A stretch of 61,391 bases of DNA, the filler included, from Sphacelaria rigidula (taxonomy: Eukaryota): assembly GCA_964200075.2 (NCBI GenBank). It is 10 parts of 10 records of this genome, joined end to end, with 100 filler letters (N's around TTAATTAATTAA, not from the genome) between each part and the next. Parts side by side here need not be neighbours in the genome. Positions count along the whole stretch, not along the records: positions 1 to 6,050 come from CAXNAA020022578.1; positions 6,151 to 12,200 come from CAXNAA020022579.1; positions 12,301 to 18,350 come from CAXNAA020022580.1; 7 more parts are not named here. One strand, written 5' to 3'. How positions within the stretch are numbered: the first letter of the stretch is position 1; each line of letters opens with the position of its first letter. A model generated the notes under the pieces. It searched no databases, was not told the origin of the DNA, and saw nothing but the letters and a program-made list of their open reading frames with translations. The translations under genes were made by a program, and so were the position numbers. Shown in pieces: positions 1-12,639 of the stretch.

Positions 1-185
1 TGTGCTCCACGTCATCAAAAATTTCCTCGGGACGTGTACCCCCATTCATAATATCCGAAATCCCAGGATGTGTGAGGGAAATCATTGCGCGCGTGCTGCG
101 CTTCCATTCGAGGAAATTTGTTCCATCGAATTTCCTGATGCTCCTGATGAGCTGTGCAACAGATGGCTCTCCTTGATTATTCATC
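1..185 (-). pseudogene. Ty1/copia Gag N-terminus, truncated by window edge
   Basis: Manual minus-strand translation MNNQGEPSVAQLIRSIRKFDGTNFLEWKRSTRAMISL; KFDGxNF/YxxWK is typical of copia Gag starts. Confidence 0.6.
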
Positions 186-2419
186 TTGTTACACTATGTG
201 TGAGAATTTATCACACCTAAAACCTTGATCAAATGAGAATTATGAAGATAGGACTCTTCTCACTTTTTAGCTGCAGTGACGACCTTGATAAGAAGTCTCC
301 TCGCTGGTGCTGACCGACGTAGTCTGGAAGCGAAGGCTGATGACCTGAAGGCCGATGTGGTCGCGAATCGATGGCTCTAAACCTGTTGGAATAATTCGTG
401 GTCGGCACTGTGCACGACAGGCCAACTACTGTTCAGCGAACAGTAGTGTGCAGAGGTTGCACCCTGATCGTGAGATCAGTTGCTTCCGCAGCGTAGAATG
501 GAAGAAGTGGTACAGATGGTTGATTGGGCTCTTATACGGCCAAGAAAAACTGGAATGCACAATTCCTCTAGAAAGCAGGAACTGGGGTGATGAAGGAGAG
601 TGACCTTGGAGGGCGATGAAAACCACTAGCTCCGTCCCTCAATCCTTGGAACCCCAAAAACAGAGCTTCTACACGTACGTAGACGAAAACGCTTTCATGA
701 CACTTGCGTGGCAGGTCACCAGCTCACAGGCTTGGATTCTTATTCAAGCTATGGCACTCACAAATACTGGCAGTACACTGTCGTATCCTGTGATATTACG
801 TGGCGATACCAACAAGATATCTAACTCAAGGATCCATATAAAAAAGGTACTTGTACCCGGAACCTCATGTTAGATTTGTGCTACTATCCGACTACCCAAA
901 CCGTAACTATTAATAGTTGTCCCGCTAATTTGCTACCAGAGTAAAAAATCACGCAATGCAAGCAGCCAAGCTGTGCATATTTCCAACACTTTCCCTTCAG
1001 TTTTACGTCGCTTAGCAAACCAGTCCTGAATCACGTTGTAGACTAGAAAATAGGTAGCTATATAAATACAGTGATGTGCTGATGCATAAACGATCAGCTT
1101 GTGCAGTGCACTCGAGTCAAATCAAAAAGTCAATCGACTTTTCAGGTATGACTTTCTACCATGAAATTTCATGTACACATACACATTCGGGTTAATTGTA
1201 TGGCACCAAAATTTCGAAACCTGTATAAGCCTAAAGAAGATTTCCCGTAGTATGCTACTGCTCGGGTAGAATCGTTTTGTTTTTATGCGCACGAATGGTA
1301 CTGGACGGAAACAGAATTTCACTTTACCGTACCGCAGGAGATAATGAATAGTTGCTAGACAACCGACTGCAAAAAACAAATAAGCACGCCAGTGTACACA
1401 TATACACAATACAAGGAAATTTAATTGCCTTATAAAGAAAAAAATACGGTGAGATGTGACTCACTAGAAATCCTCAGCAAAGTTCAATCATGAGGCTTCT
1501 TCTTAACCAAGGATCATTCTCCGAATCAAACCCCTTTTGTATATTACTTGAACTTAGAGGTAAACGCCTGTTAAGGATTCAAGGCATAATTTGTGCATCT
1601 AAATCTCTCTCGTACTTGAGTCTAGCAGGCAACGATGATGACCACGATACTTGAATTAATCTTGAGGTCAGTTGGTCATGTAATCTCTTCGTGATTAAAA
1701 CATCGAACACATCTGGGGTCTCACTAATCCAACCTTTAACGAAACAATTTAGCACTCTCAAGTCCAGGAAAAAATGAATGTCCGCCATAAAAACCAGTTG
1801 CCTGAGGGAAATAAAAAAGTCGAAGATAGTGGAATATTCACTCTGATCAAATAACCCGAAGCGTCTGAGATCTGCGACCATCCTGCGTCTCTCCCTCCAG
1901 CTATGTCCTGGGACGCCAACATGTTGGAGGTGATCCTTTCTGCATCCCCAGTCAATTGTCGTTCCCTAAATTCGTGTTGTTCCGCTGTTGTCCGCCGTGC
2001 GTAGTTGAGCTCTTGCACGTGGTGTGACACCGTGAATACCCGTCACTTGTGGGCGAGAGTTACGGTTGTTATGGTGTCTTACGTTTTGGCGCATCGTCGA
2101 GAGGCTCTCCCACGGTTGTTGTTGTTGTTGCTGCTGGTGAAGGTGTTGCGAGGCGTACTCATGGTGTTGAAGAAACGGGTGTATGGGGAAGAAGTAATGG
2201 TGCCCGGAGTTGATGGTGGAGATGAGAAACGTTTGGGAGTAGAGAAGTTGTGAATTGATGGGGGCGATGTAGAGCCCAACCTCCGATGTAGAAGTGTTTG
2301 ACGTACGGAAGTCGATACGTCCTCCTAGAACTGACGTACTCGTAATGACGCACGTCCGTTGATACGTCAGCCTCAATGTTGGCGTGTTCTCGTTCCTTCC
2401 GCCGGTAGATACATGAAGG

Positions 2420-5400
2420 TTTCCCGAAATCGGCGATTGCATTGAGTAATCTTCGGTGGATTGACCGCTCGCAATATTGTGTTAAAACATCGGCCAATTG
2501 TTCGGTAGTTCTGATATAATTAATCGTTATTTTGCCGCTGTTAACGAGGTCCTTCAGGCTGTAGAAACGAATCGCGAGATGTTTACTTTCGTTCCTGTAG
2601 TTTGCGTTTGAGGAGAGATGAAGAGCTCCCTGAGAGTCGGAGAGGATGATTGAAGGCCGAATAGATGACCAACCGAGCTCTCGCAGAAGATTAAAAAGGT
2701 AGGTGCCGAACTTTCCTCCCCTCGCCAAAGCTATAAGTTCAGCTTCCGTAGTTGAAGTAGCTGTGATCCGCTGCAGGCTTGAAGAAAAATGTACTAGTCC
2801 ACCCGATAGAAAAAACATATTTCCCGAAGTAGATCTCATCTTGCCTTCGATGCCACTGTTACCATAAGAACTATCACAAAACCCTCGTAGATCCAAATTC
2901 TTCCCCGAAGAGCGGTAGACGATGGGTAGGTCCGGGGTTCCTTTGAGGTAGCGGAAAATGCGTTTCACCGCCGCTAGGTGTTGCGTCGTAGGCCTACTCA
3001 TATAGCGAGCAACCTGGGTGACGCTGAAGGCGATGTCGAATCTTGTGCACCGAGACAGGAAAATCAAGCTCCCCACCATAGCTTGGTACTGTTTCATACC
3101 TTGCTGATCTCAAAGATGCTCCTCCGTGTCTGGCTGGATACTGTTGTTGACGCCGGGCGTGTGCACCGGGTTGCAGGAGTCCATGTTGAACTTTTGCAGT
3201 AAAGAGATGACGTATCTAATTTGTGATAATTTCAGCGTTCCACGCTCAGGGTCCCTCGTGATTTTGATACCCAGGATGAGTGAAGCAGGTCCCAGATCCG
3301 AAATAGCAACTTTTTCTTCAATGTGTCTTGAACATCTTGTAAAAGCCCGACAGATGGTCCAGTTAAGAGAATGTCGTCGACGAACAACGTGAGCATCACA
3401 TACTTGTCGTTTTGTTCTCTCATATAAATGCAGGGATCGCTCGCAGTGGCGGTAAATCCCAATTTCCTCAATTCGGAGTCAATGGTGAAGTTCCAGACGT
3501 TAGGCGACTGACGCAAGCCGTATAATGCTCTCCTCAATAGCATCACATGTGGTTGTCCGGTAGTAGGGTCCGAAGTCTCGAAGCCCGGTGGTTGTTTGCA
3601 ATAGACCGTCTCCGTTAGTTTTCCGTTTAAGAAGGCTGTTTGTACATCTAACGCGAATACCGGCTAGCTTTTTGTAGTGGCTATTGCGAGAAGAATCCTC
3701 TGGCTTTCGAGTCGGCAGACTGGTGCAAAAGTACTCCCGCAATCGAATCCACGTCGTTGTGCCCAGCCTTGAACAACAAGTCTTGTTTCGAATCGTCCAT
3801 CCGCCTTGACTTTATAAACCCATCGCGTGCCAATAATGTTATTGTTTGAAGGAACTGCTCCAATTGGAACAGTGTCAGCCACGCGATGGTCTTTGATACT
3901 GCGGAGCTCATCGAGCATGGCTGCTCTCCACTTAGATGCATACGGTGAGGAGGAGGCCTGTTTAAAATCATTCGGGACGGGAATGCACGCAGGGGGTATG
4001 ACACTTTCGAAGCCAACCGTCCCGATATAATGTGTAACTGATTCCAAAGCCACGCATGAATTTCGCGGAGCTTCGATCGCCAATGCAAGTTTTCGAAGTT
4101 CTTGAGATTGACGTTGGTTGGTAGGAGTTGAAATAGTGCGGGCCGGAATCCCGGCGGAACGAAGTCGCATAGGATGAGTAGAAGCGATTGAGCTGTCGCC
4201 GCTGTCCAGCTGTGAAATGCCATCAAAGACGTTGTTGTTGAAATCCGTGTTGTTCTGTTGAAGGTGGTCTTGATTGTGGTGAAATTCGTCTTCCTCTTGT
4301 AGGTCCTCTTGATGTAGCTGTAAGTCAGTTTCCCCCCCCCAAGCAGTTGGAGTTGGACCTTGTTGCAGGTTTGATGCTCCCACTGCTTGTTCGATGAACA
4401 TGACGTTTCTAGAACTACTAATTTTGCCGGAGTGTCGGTTAAAAATGCGATATGAAGGGCTATCGCTGTCATATCCAATCAGGACTCCCTCCCAGGCGTT
4501 GTCTTCCGGTTTGTTGAGGTGACCTTCCTTATGCACGAACGCTCGACACCCTATTGTACGCAAGAACGATCATTTCACCTGTTTACCAAACATCCTGTAG
4601 TACGTGGTTTCTCCGTTGATGCTACTATGGGGTAGACGGTTCAGCAGAAATACTGCCGTTGCTGCGATTTCCCCCCATAGATACTTGGGGAAGTGCCCTT
4701 CGTTCAAGAGGCAACGGGTTATGTTGAGAATAGTTCTCCCGTCGCGTTCTGAGCAATGCTACGGTAGGGGTGCACTTTTTTCGCGAAAGGTTGTCTGGTT
4801 CAGGGGCTCCTAACGATTTTAGACGCGCAATAATACAGGTCAGGGCATCCCCATTTGCAGATTTATTCGGAATTTCCCCAGCACATAGGAATAGTAATCT
4901 TGGCGTACTCTCGCATATTTTTATAAGTCGTGTTTTGGATGAGATAGGGGGCTCCTAACAATTTTAATCTCAGAATTTATTTCTTTACCCCTACCGTAGC
5001 ATCACTCTTCTGACATACCGTTTTGTTGAGGAGTGTAACTGGTGGTGAACTGTTGGATGATTCCGGTAATTTTGCAGTATCGACGCAAATGCTCTCCTGT
5101 GAATTCTCCTCCGCGATCTGACCGTAGGTGATGTACTCGAAGTCCTTGAGGGATCGCCACGTCTTGAATGAATTTGCAGAGAGTAGAAAGCGCCTCACTC
5201 TTTCCCTTGATGAAATATACGACTCTCAGTGTATTGAAATTATCAGTAAATTTTGCCATGTACCTGTATCCTCCCAATGCGGTTGGTGTAATGGGGCCTG
5301 ATAAGTCGGTAGTTACCAATTGAAGACGATCCGTCACTGAAGGAAAATCCGTGGTCGTCGGGTAGTTCTGTTGAGTGCTTTTATTCAGCATGCAGGTGTC

Positions 5401-5880
5401 ACAGAAAGAGAGTGAACCTGGAAACTTCACACCTGTTTCTGGAATATTAATTACACGACGCGTGACTGGTTCAGCTGGATGGCCAAGGCGTCGATGCCAT
5501 GTTTCTGCGTTCACAGTGGTTGAAAGAGCCGAGGATTCATCTTCGATTGTCGTAGCTGTAAATGCTGTTCCTGGGCTCATGCATTCTCCAGAAGCCACCT
5601 CAGCAGTAAAAGCTGACCTGGGGTGGACGTTGAAGGTCTTCTGGTCCCGATCAATCTTCATGTTGAGGAAGTGTAGTGTGTCATTGTTGTCGGCTCTGAT
5701 TGGAATGTTAAAGCTTCCAAGGTCCACATGAGAGTTTATTGAAAATACGGTGGATACCCCTCTCGTTAATGCTTTGACAGGTGAAAAGAGGTGTTTCCCA
5801 AGGCCCAGAACAATAATGGCTGGAAGACGGACGGAGTGATGATGACCCTGTTGATCACAGACAATGGAGTTCATTACTCC
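2420..5880 (-). mobile_element. Decayed Ty1/copia LTR retrotransposon pol (GAG-pre-integrase, integrase, RT, RNase H), frameshifted
   Basis: ORF 5002-5874: WHRRLGH, CDTC, DLSGP, LRSDRGGEF, TPQQNG. ORF 3664-4563: IGCRAFVH, GYD, WVYKVK, RLVVQG. ORF 3232-3546: ALYGLRQSP, LFVDD. ORF 2159-3097: YQAMVGSL, GFCDS, SDSQGA, KHLAIRF, QLADVLT. INT-RT-RH order is diagnostic of copia. Boundaries approximate. Confidence 0.95.
4751..5007. mobile_element. MITE with GAG-ended TIRs and 4-bp TSD (Sola2-like), inserted in the copia integrase
   Basis: TIRs GAGCAATGCTACGGTAGGGG / GAGTGATGCTACGGTAGGGG; TTCT on both sides (4747-4750, 5008-5011); removing it restores NGMSERDG. Confidence 0.9.
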
Positions 5881-6050
5881 CTTCCCTGGACGCTGCGAAA
5901 AATCTGAAACTGCGATTTCGGGTAGGGGACCTAGACCTGCCAGAAAGGAGGAAAAGATTTAGCAGTCGTCGTCTGGAGGAGGAAGTAGATAGACAGAATT
6001 GCCCCTGTGGCAAAGCAATAGAGAGCAGGAGTCATATAGTGGCAGCTCGG

Positions 6051-6150
6051 NNNNNNNNNNNNNNNNNNNNNNNNNNNNNNNNNNNNNNNNNNNNTTAATT
6101 AATTAANNNNNNNNNNNNNNNNNNNNNNNNNNNNNNNNNNNNNNNNNNNN
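6051..6150. other. Artificial contig spacer (N-run/TTAATTAATTAA/N-run); also at 12201-12300, 18351-18450, 24500-24599, 30649-30748, 36798-36897, 42947-43046, 49096-49195, 55244-55343
   Basis: Identical 100-nt spacers with stops in all six frames, separating segments of 6050/6049/6048 bp in decreasing size order. Confidence 0.97.
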
Positions 6151-6279
6151 CCCCCCCCCCCCCCCGGTATCGATCGAAGGCACTTGCGGACGGTACTTCC
6201 CTCGAGTTTTTGTCGCATACTAGCTAGCCTCCTCGAACCTCATTTCATTGATCAAGCTCATATTTTTAGAATCCCCTGT

Positions 6280-9200
6280 TAGGTGTAGCTTTGGACTGAA
6301 AAACCTCCCTTCCGGCTTCACCAGGGGTATTTCCAAAGCCCTAGGGCCCCTCAGAGGTAAAGGTGTTCAGGTATGGTTGGACGACATACTCATTTTCAGC
6401 AAAACCCTCGCCGAACACCTTTCCCTGGTACGAAAAGTTCTCTCGACTCTGTTGAAAGCAAAATACGTGGTCAACTTTGCGAAATCGTCATAGGTCATGC
6501 CTAACCAGGAAGTTTTGGGGATGGTGATCGACCGCGAGGGTAGACGCCCAGCCCCATCCAAAATTGAAATAGTCAGTAAGGTCTCCCCCCCAAACACGGT
6601 AGAAGAATTACGCGCCTTCCTCGGTATGGCTGGTTACATGCGATCATTCGTCGACCATTACAGCATCATCGCGGCTCCTCTGACGGACATCCTACGAAAT
6701 CCTCGCTTTCAATCCAAACGTGCGAGGAAACTGAGGATCCCGTGGGATGACGGGAAGCAACAGGCCTCCGATAAACTGAAGAAGGCACACATCTCCCCAC
6801 CGGTTCTAGCATATCCCTCGTAGGACCACCCCTTCACCCTACACGCCGATGCGAGTATCTTGGGGGCCGGCGCGACGCTGTGCCAGACGATTGAGGGTAT
6901 CGAGAAAGTGGTGGCATACGCGAGTCACCGGTTCTCGCGTACCGATTCACTGAGAGCAGCAACACACCGAGAATGCATGGCTGTTTTGTGGGCGACGGGG
7001 CACTTTATACCATATATCACAGGTACAAGATTCAGCCTCGTAACAGATTGCAGCCCTCTCCTCTGGTTATTCAGAAGCAGAGATCTCGAACCCAAACTAC
7101 ATTGTTGGGCGCTACGCTTGATGGAGTACGACATGACACTATGGTGGAGAGCAGGTACATCACACCAACTTCCCGATGCGCTACCACGGCTATTTGGCAA
7201 TACCTCAGAGGGCACATATGTTGGCGATGCTTTTCCGGATGACCCAACTCTGAACTCCGACCGGCGCACGAAGGGCCCGCAAGGACCGGTGTTGGATGGA
7301 GTCCCCTTGAGCCAACTAGAAGAAGACAGCGGAATATTGGTAGGATTTGCCTCCATTACAGCGTTGTGGTCGATTGCAGGCACTACAGGCTGTATGGACT
7401 ACTCAATCGACGAACTCGCACAACAAAACAGTCAGATATCCGACATACAAAGACCTGAGGCGGGAGTAAGGGAGACAATGACACAACTATGAGTCATCCT
7501 ACGATAGGGGGGGGTATTCGGTTGCAAGAAGGAAAAGAATGATAAGTGTGTCAGATGACCTGCAACACTCGCGATGCGCTTGTATTTGGTTCAAAACGGT
7601 GTCAATCGGTATGAATGAGCGTTATGTATCAGGAACAAGCTCGTTCGAGCAACCGTTGCTGATTTCAGCGGCGATTTGTCTTGGAATTTCGTGCAAGAAG
7701 TGGCCCAAAATACCCCCCCCCCTATCGTAGGATGACTCCTATCGGAGATGCCATCTGCTCGAGAAGAGATTGTAGCACTGCATGACAAGATCCAGGAAGA
7801 ACCACGTAGATCCGGTAGACCCCGCACTCGCTCTGTTCTACTGAGGGGTTTCATAACCAACGAATCCACCTCCGTACCATAGACCACACCTATCGCCTAC
7901 ACAGACGCCCAGCAGACACAGTCAGACAGTATGGAATTGAATCCGCCTGTCGTCGTCAATGAACACGAAAACAACCACACGACAAGGGTCTCACCCAATA
8001 GTCACAACTCCGTTATCAACAGAGCGATCAATACTCTATCGGATATACCCAGCCTAGTCGAGAGCCAGAAGAACGACCCCCACCTGAGCAAGGTTCGAGC
8101 TTCCTTACTCAGCGAGACGAAAAAGGCTGGGACTGGGACCACGTCAGATCGATAGATCGTAGACGACCAGGGCCTGTTGTGGTTCACCAGAAATAAGCAC
8201 AAGCCAACCTTGATCATACCGAGACAACTAGTTCCCAACCTCATAGCACTCGTACACGCACACTGTGGACACACTTGAGTAGCACACACCACGATCCTTC
8301 TACGAAACCACTTCCACTGGAACAGTCTGAAGAGAGACTGCCGTGACTACGTTCTATCATGTGGATGCAGACGCAGGAAAAAGGCACGTACGCAACAAGT
8401 AGCGATGCTACCGAGTCGATTTCTTCGTCCCTTGGAGGTACTAGAGATCGACTTCCAGGATATGCATCGTACATCCGCATCAGGTAATCGATACATACTA
8501 CTGATTGTCGACCGGGCGTCAAAATTCCTCTTCGGTTACCCCACATCGACGGAAGAGTCAGCACCGGTAGCCCGCATCTTACTGAACCTGTGTTTAACAT
8601 TCGGCATGCCTAGAGCTATTCGTAGTGACAGAGGGGGAGAGTTCGCAGCAACGGTAGTAAGGGATCTATGCAGATGGCTCAGAGTATTCATGGACTATGG
8701 ACCCGCAGAGCATCCGAGAGGTCAGGGTGCAGTGGAAAGAGCAGGAGCATGGATGCATGATGCACTATCCGAACTATGTAAGTCATGGCCCGACAGGTGG
8801 GATGAGTACGAAGACCCAGCGTGCTGGATCAAACGTACACTTCCAGACCCAACCGTTCCCTCCAACCTGACTCCGTTTCAAGTTCTCCACGGTCGTAGTC
8901 CTAGAACCACACTAGATACGTTAGTACCACAGATGGACGGCAATGACACCGCGTTGGGTCTGGAAAACTTCGTTGAACAAAGGAAACGAAAACTAGAACA
9001 GGTTAAGCAAGTCCTGGAAGCGGGGCAAAAGAGCAGAGAGATCGACAGAGACATAACGCAAGCATCGTGAGGCACTCCCCGGGTACGTCGGTGGAGAGAG
9101 GAGATTTGGTGCTAGTCCGGGAATTCGAGAGTACGTTACATCGGGACGGTCAGCACCAAAAACTGCACACGAAAAATGGATAGGGCCATAGGAAGTAGTA

Positions 9201-9823
9201 TACACCCCCATTCCGGGAATCAGTGTAAAAATATCGATGCAGGGCAGGAAACTGAGCCATAGGACCGTCTCCACCTCGACCCTTAAACCGTTCTATCAGC
9301 GTCGACCTGAACTGAGACACTCAATGGAGGATGAGTTCGCCCGGCTGGCATGGGGAACGGACCTAGGACTAGCCGAGATCTCTACAGTAGCCTCCCCTCT
9401 GTACAAACTAGCGAACAGGAGAAGCACAACATCCGCACCCAACCTTACGGTTTGGAAGTATAAAGGTAGGTATCAGGACGGTAAAGGGTCCGACTGGCTA
9501 ACGGAAACGGAAGTGTTGGACAGTTTTTCCCCTCTCCAACTCGATGTGTTTCACATGCCATGCGGGACCTGTATTATCCGTCGGTAGGACCCTACCCACA
9601 ATCTAACAGTGAGGTAACGCCCACACCGACAAGGAATAGGGGGGATGCTTTGGCTATGTACCCGATGAGAATCCAGGTGAGGAGGTCAGTAGACGACGGA
9701 GTCGGCATTGGAGTAGGGACAGGTGAGGTATATGATTACCTCGATCCATACTGGCAAGTAAGATACCCGAACGGCGAGTGGTTGAAATTCAGCAGGAGAG
9801 AAATGCGTAAATTAGCATTTTAG
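6280..9823 (+). mobile_element. Decayed Ty3/gypsy retrotransposon pol (RT, RNase H, integrase, chromo-like and Tudor-like tail)
   Basis: FGLKN and VWLDDILIFS (RT); LRAFLGMAGY, VAYAS, VTDCSPL, PDAL (RNase H); HxxxGH/C-C zinc finger remnant near 8255-8370; IDFQD, IVDRASKF, IRSDRGGEF, GAVER (integrase); stops and frameshifts. Confidence 0.95.
7491..7738. mobile_element. MITE with GAG-ended TIRs and 4-bp TSD (Sola2-like), inserted in the gypsy pol
   Basis: TIRs GAGTCATCCTACGATAGGGGG...TATT at both ends; CTAT duplicated (7487-7490, 7739-7742). Confidence 0.9.
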
Positions 9824-10173
9824 ATTCATACCCGGTACATACCGTAGCAGAAGCAGTGCTATCAGACACGTAATCCCCCGAGTGAGTGCTTCACAGGTGG
9901 AGATCCCCATGCAGGATGGAACATTCCCTTAAGCCCCGAGACGCGGCCATACCTCCACTATCCCCGTTTCACAGAATATAACGGCAGGCAGTATTAATAC
10001 AATAGCCCAATACTGCTCCGGAACTACAGAGAGAGCTATGTCAAAACGCGGGCCCAATTTGCAAAATCGCGGGCTGTATTCCTCTGTGTACACTTGCCCT
10101 GTATTATGTGCATATGAGTGTAGGCTGAGAACTGACTGCTCCTCCAGTAGGCTTCTACTTATTATGCTAGTAA

Positions 10174-10347
10174 GGTCAACTCTTATTGGAGCGTTTAGAA
10201 TTATATTTTGCAATAATTTTAAAAGACGTTTTTTTTTCTTTGCCGTAGTTGTGTATTTTGTGCCCGTTCACCATGATAACAAAGAAAAGAAAAAAACTCC
10301 TCTGTAAATGCTGAATAAAATTTCAAACGCTCCCATAAGAGTTGGCC
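10174..10347. mobile_element. PIF/Harbinger (Tourist-like) MITE
   Basis: TIRs GGTCAACTCTTATTGGAGCGTTT / GGCCAACTCTTATGGGAGCGTTT; TAA on both sides. Confidence 0.85.
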
Positions 10348-10419
10348 TAAGGCCGGATGTTACGGCAAACATATTTTTGGCCCACGGATTGTTCCACACG
10401 CGGCCATTTGGCTACACCC

Positions 10420-10710
10420 CAAAATGTCTCCGGAGGGATGCGCGGCCCTCCAGGGGGAAAACAAGCCTCTGGAGGCCTTCGATCCCTGTAGAGGAGACCA
10501 AATTCTAACGACCCGGAGGGCCGCGCACCCCTCCGAAGGATTTTGGGGGTATGCGCGGCCCTCCGGAGGCGAGAATAAGCCTCCGGAGGCGTTTAACCCC
10601 TCTGGAGGGAACCAAAAAATCTCCTCTGGAGGGCCACGCACCCCTCCGGATGCGTTTAATTCCTCTGGAGGCTCAAAAAGGGTACCCACCTGGAGGAAGT
10701 TTGGAGGTAG
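10420..10710. repeat. Degenerate array of CCTC(C/T)GGAGG palindromic motifs, probably the subterminal array of a DNA transposon
   Basis: Repeated cctccggagg/cctctggagg units in both orientations. Confidence 0.6.
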
Positions 10711-10828
10711 CCAAATGGCCGCGTGTGTCATCACTTTTGGGACGTTTGATCCACCTTTTGACCCCCGAGCAGGGAAAACCGCCAACACACGTCTGGGACA
10801 CTTTGCATCACCCCACAGAGAGGAGCCT

Positions 10829-11533
10829 AGTCTGCTTTTCAGATTCGCTTGGCTCCGAGGCAAACTGGCGGGGGTCGGCAAGCACAGATATTTGCCCACG
10901 AATTTTTGTTCAGCGGCCAACGGTCATGAGGAACGAAGATAGAGAGACGTTATTTGTTCCTTCAGACAGTTTTGGGGCAGGTTGGCTCACAGATCACTCG
11001 ATCCAGCCATGGGAATGCTCCCATAGTAATGGGGAAGGTTGACGTACAGGCTACGTTCTAGGGAAGATTAATGCACAGGCTGGTATATCCTAGCTGGGGA
11101 AGATTAGTGTGCAGGCTGACATGCTCTGGTCCCGAGGAGGCAAACGCCTTCTCGGGCCGAGCTTAGGTTGCGTTGCATGTACCTCATGCACCCTTGCTCA
11201 CTCTTGAGCTACCCTTCGAGCCGGACAAATCTGCTCCTACTGTTTACCTTTGGTGAGAACAGTGTGCTGGGCGATCAAGGGAATAATCAGTGAGAGATTA
11301 AAAGATATCAAGCCTTTGAGCTCCCTTTGTTTGTTTGCTACTGTGACCAACAGTCACGTGAATCTACACGTGTGTATCTGCAGCTTGTTTTACTCAGACA
11401 CCTCGCGCGTTTGCGCATCTTACCAAGCTTGCAGCACATTGATCTATCAAGGAAGGTGTGTGGCTCCTGTTCATACCTTTCTTCATTACACAATCTCGAA
11501 ACCTCGGAGCCAAGCGAATCTGAAAAGCAGACT
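10829..11533. mobile_element. Putative non-autonomous DNA transposon with 32-bp perfect inverted repeats
   Basis: AGTCTGCTTTTCAGATTCGCTTGGCTCCGAGG at 10829-10860 and its reverse complement at 11502-11533; no TSD recognised. Confidence 0.6.
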
Positions 11534-11637
11534 GCACTACTACGATCTATTCTACAACAGCGCGGACAGAACTGTCGGGGTTGAAACGAGCCGTAGCGTT
11601 CTGGTAGTAGATCTATGGTCGATGTTTTCGAACCAAC

Positions 11638-12040
11638 CAAGGGGCAGCTGAAAAACAAAATTGGGACACGTAGCCCCACCGGAGGCCATTTTTCCGAAAG
11701 TTGTTATGATTTTTTCGATCTTTTTTGTCAACTTTTTCGCAAGAAATTGATCAATGAACACTGTTTTGATCATTTCTGTTGATTTTTTTGCAAGAAATTG
11801 ATCAATGAACATGACAAAATCCGAAAAGTTTGGTGGGCTTTGCGGGGTGTATGTTTGCTTCTGCTCCTTTACATATTTATATATAATATATGATATAAGG
11901 ATCGTGTATATTTTAGCACATATATTCTTATGTATAAATATATGATATAGTATACACTGCCCCTTGATGAATATTCACATATATTTATATGAATATATTA
12001 CATATATATTGTATATAATATAAACAATGTAGTATATATT
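11638..12040 (+). mobile_element. Partial copy of the CAAGG-ended (P-like) element family also at 14721-15995
   Basis: Shares caagg...ggacacgtag start, caagaaattgatcaatgaac repeats, ggtgggctttgcgggg...gcttctgctcctt and the AT-rich tract. Confidence 0.7.
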
Positions 12041-12042
12041 AA

Positions 12043-12200
12043 CCCTTTTGAGGCCGGACCCCCACTAACACAGGGTTGACCCTTTGTTAGTAAAATAATA
12101 AAAAATAAGTCTTCGAGCGACCCACCTAATCACAGCGAGGCGAAATTCATCGACCAGATCCGAACGACCAGCAAGGGGATTGTTGTCGGATGTGATGCCA
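12043..12200 (+). mobile_element. Possible piggyBac-like terminus inserted at TTAA, truncated by contig end
   Basis: TTAA|CCCTTT at 12039-12048; the related copy near 15640 has tagtatatattaa without this sequence. Confidence 0.45.
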
Positions 12201-12639
12201 NNNNNNNNNNNNNNNNNNNNNNNNNNNNNNNNNNNNNNNNNNNNTTAATTAATTAANNNNNNNNNNNNNNNNNNNNNNNNNNNNNNNNNNNNNNNNNNNN
12301 CACCTTGGTGCCTATTCATACATCCGCTAAGCATGTCCACCCTCGGGTGGACATGTTTGCCGGGTGGAGCGACTCGAAGTGCTGCACGAAACTAGAAATA
12401 GCGAAGTGCATGAATAAAAGGTTTCTTCCTGTCCTCTGGGGACAAAAAAAAAAAATCACTAGTAAATTTTCTATTCACTCTGTTCTTCTCCATCGATCCA
12501 TCGATCCATCCTCCTTTACCGTCTCTCTCATCATCTCTTTCATCATCTCTTTCATCATCGCTTTCAAGAGTATCTCCACCTTATTTGTTCTGAATACTAA
12601 GGTGGGATGTGGTCAAGGTGCTGGGATATCCAAATCTTG

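Noticed and set aside
6095..6106. TTAATTAATTAA recurring every ~6.15 kb as a biological periodic motif
   Set aside because: Always embedded in N-runs and has stops in all six frames: an assembly linker
10360..11042. Overlapping 160-190-aa ORFs
   Set aside because: Arise from a GC-rich palindromic repeat array; no protein motifs
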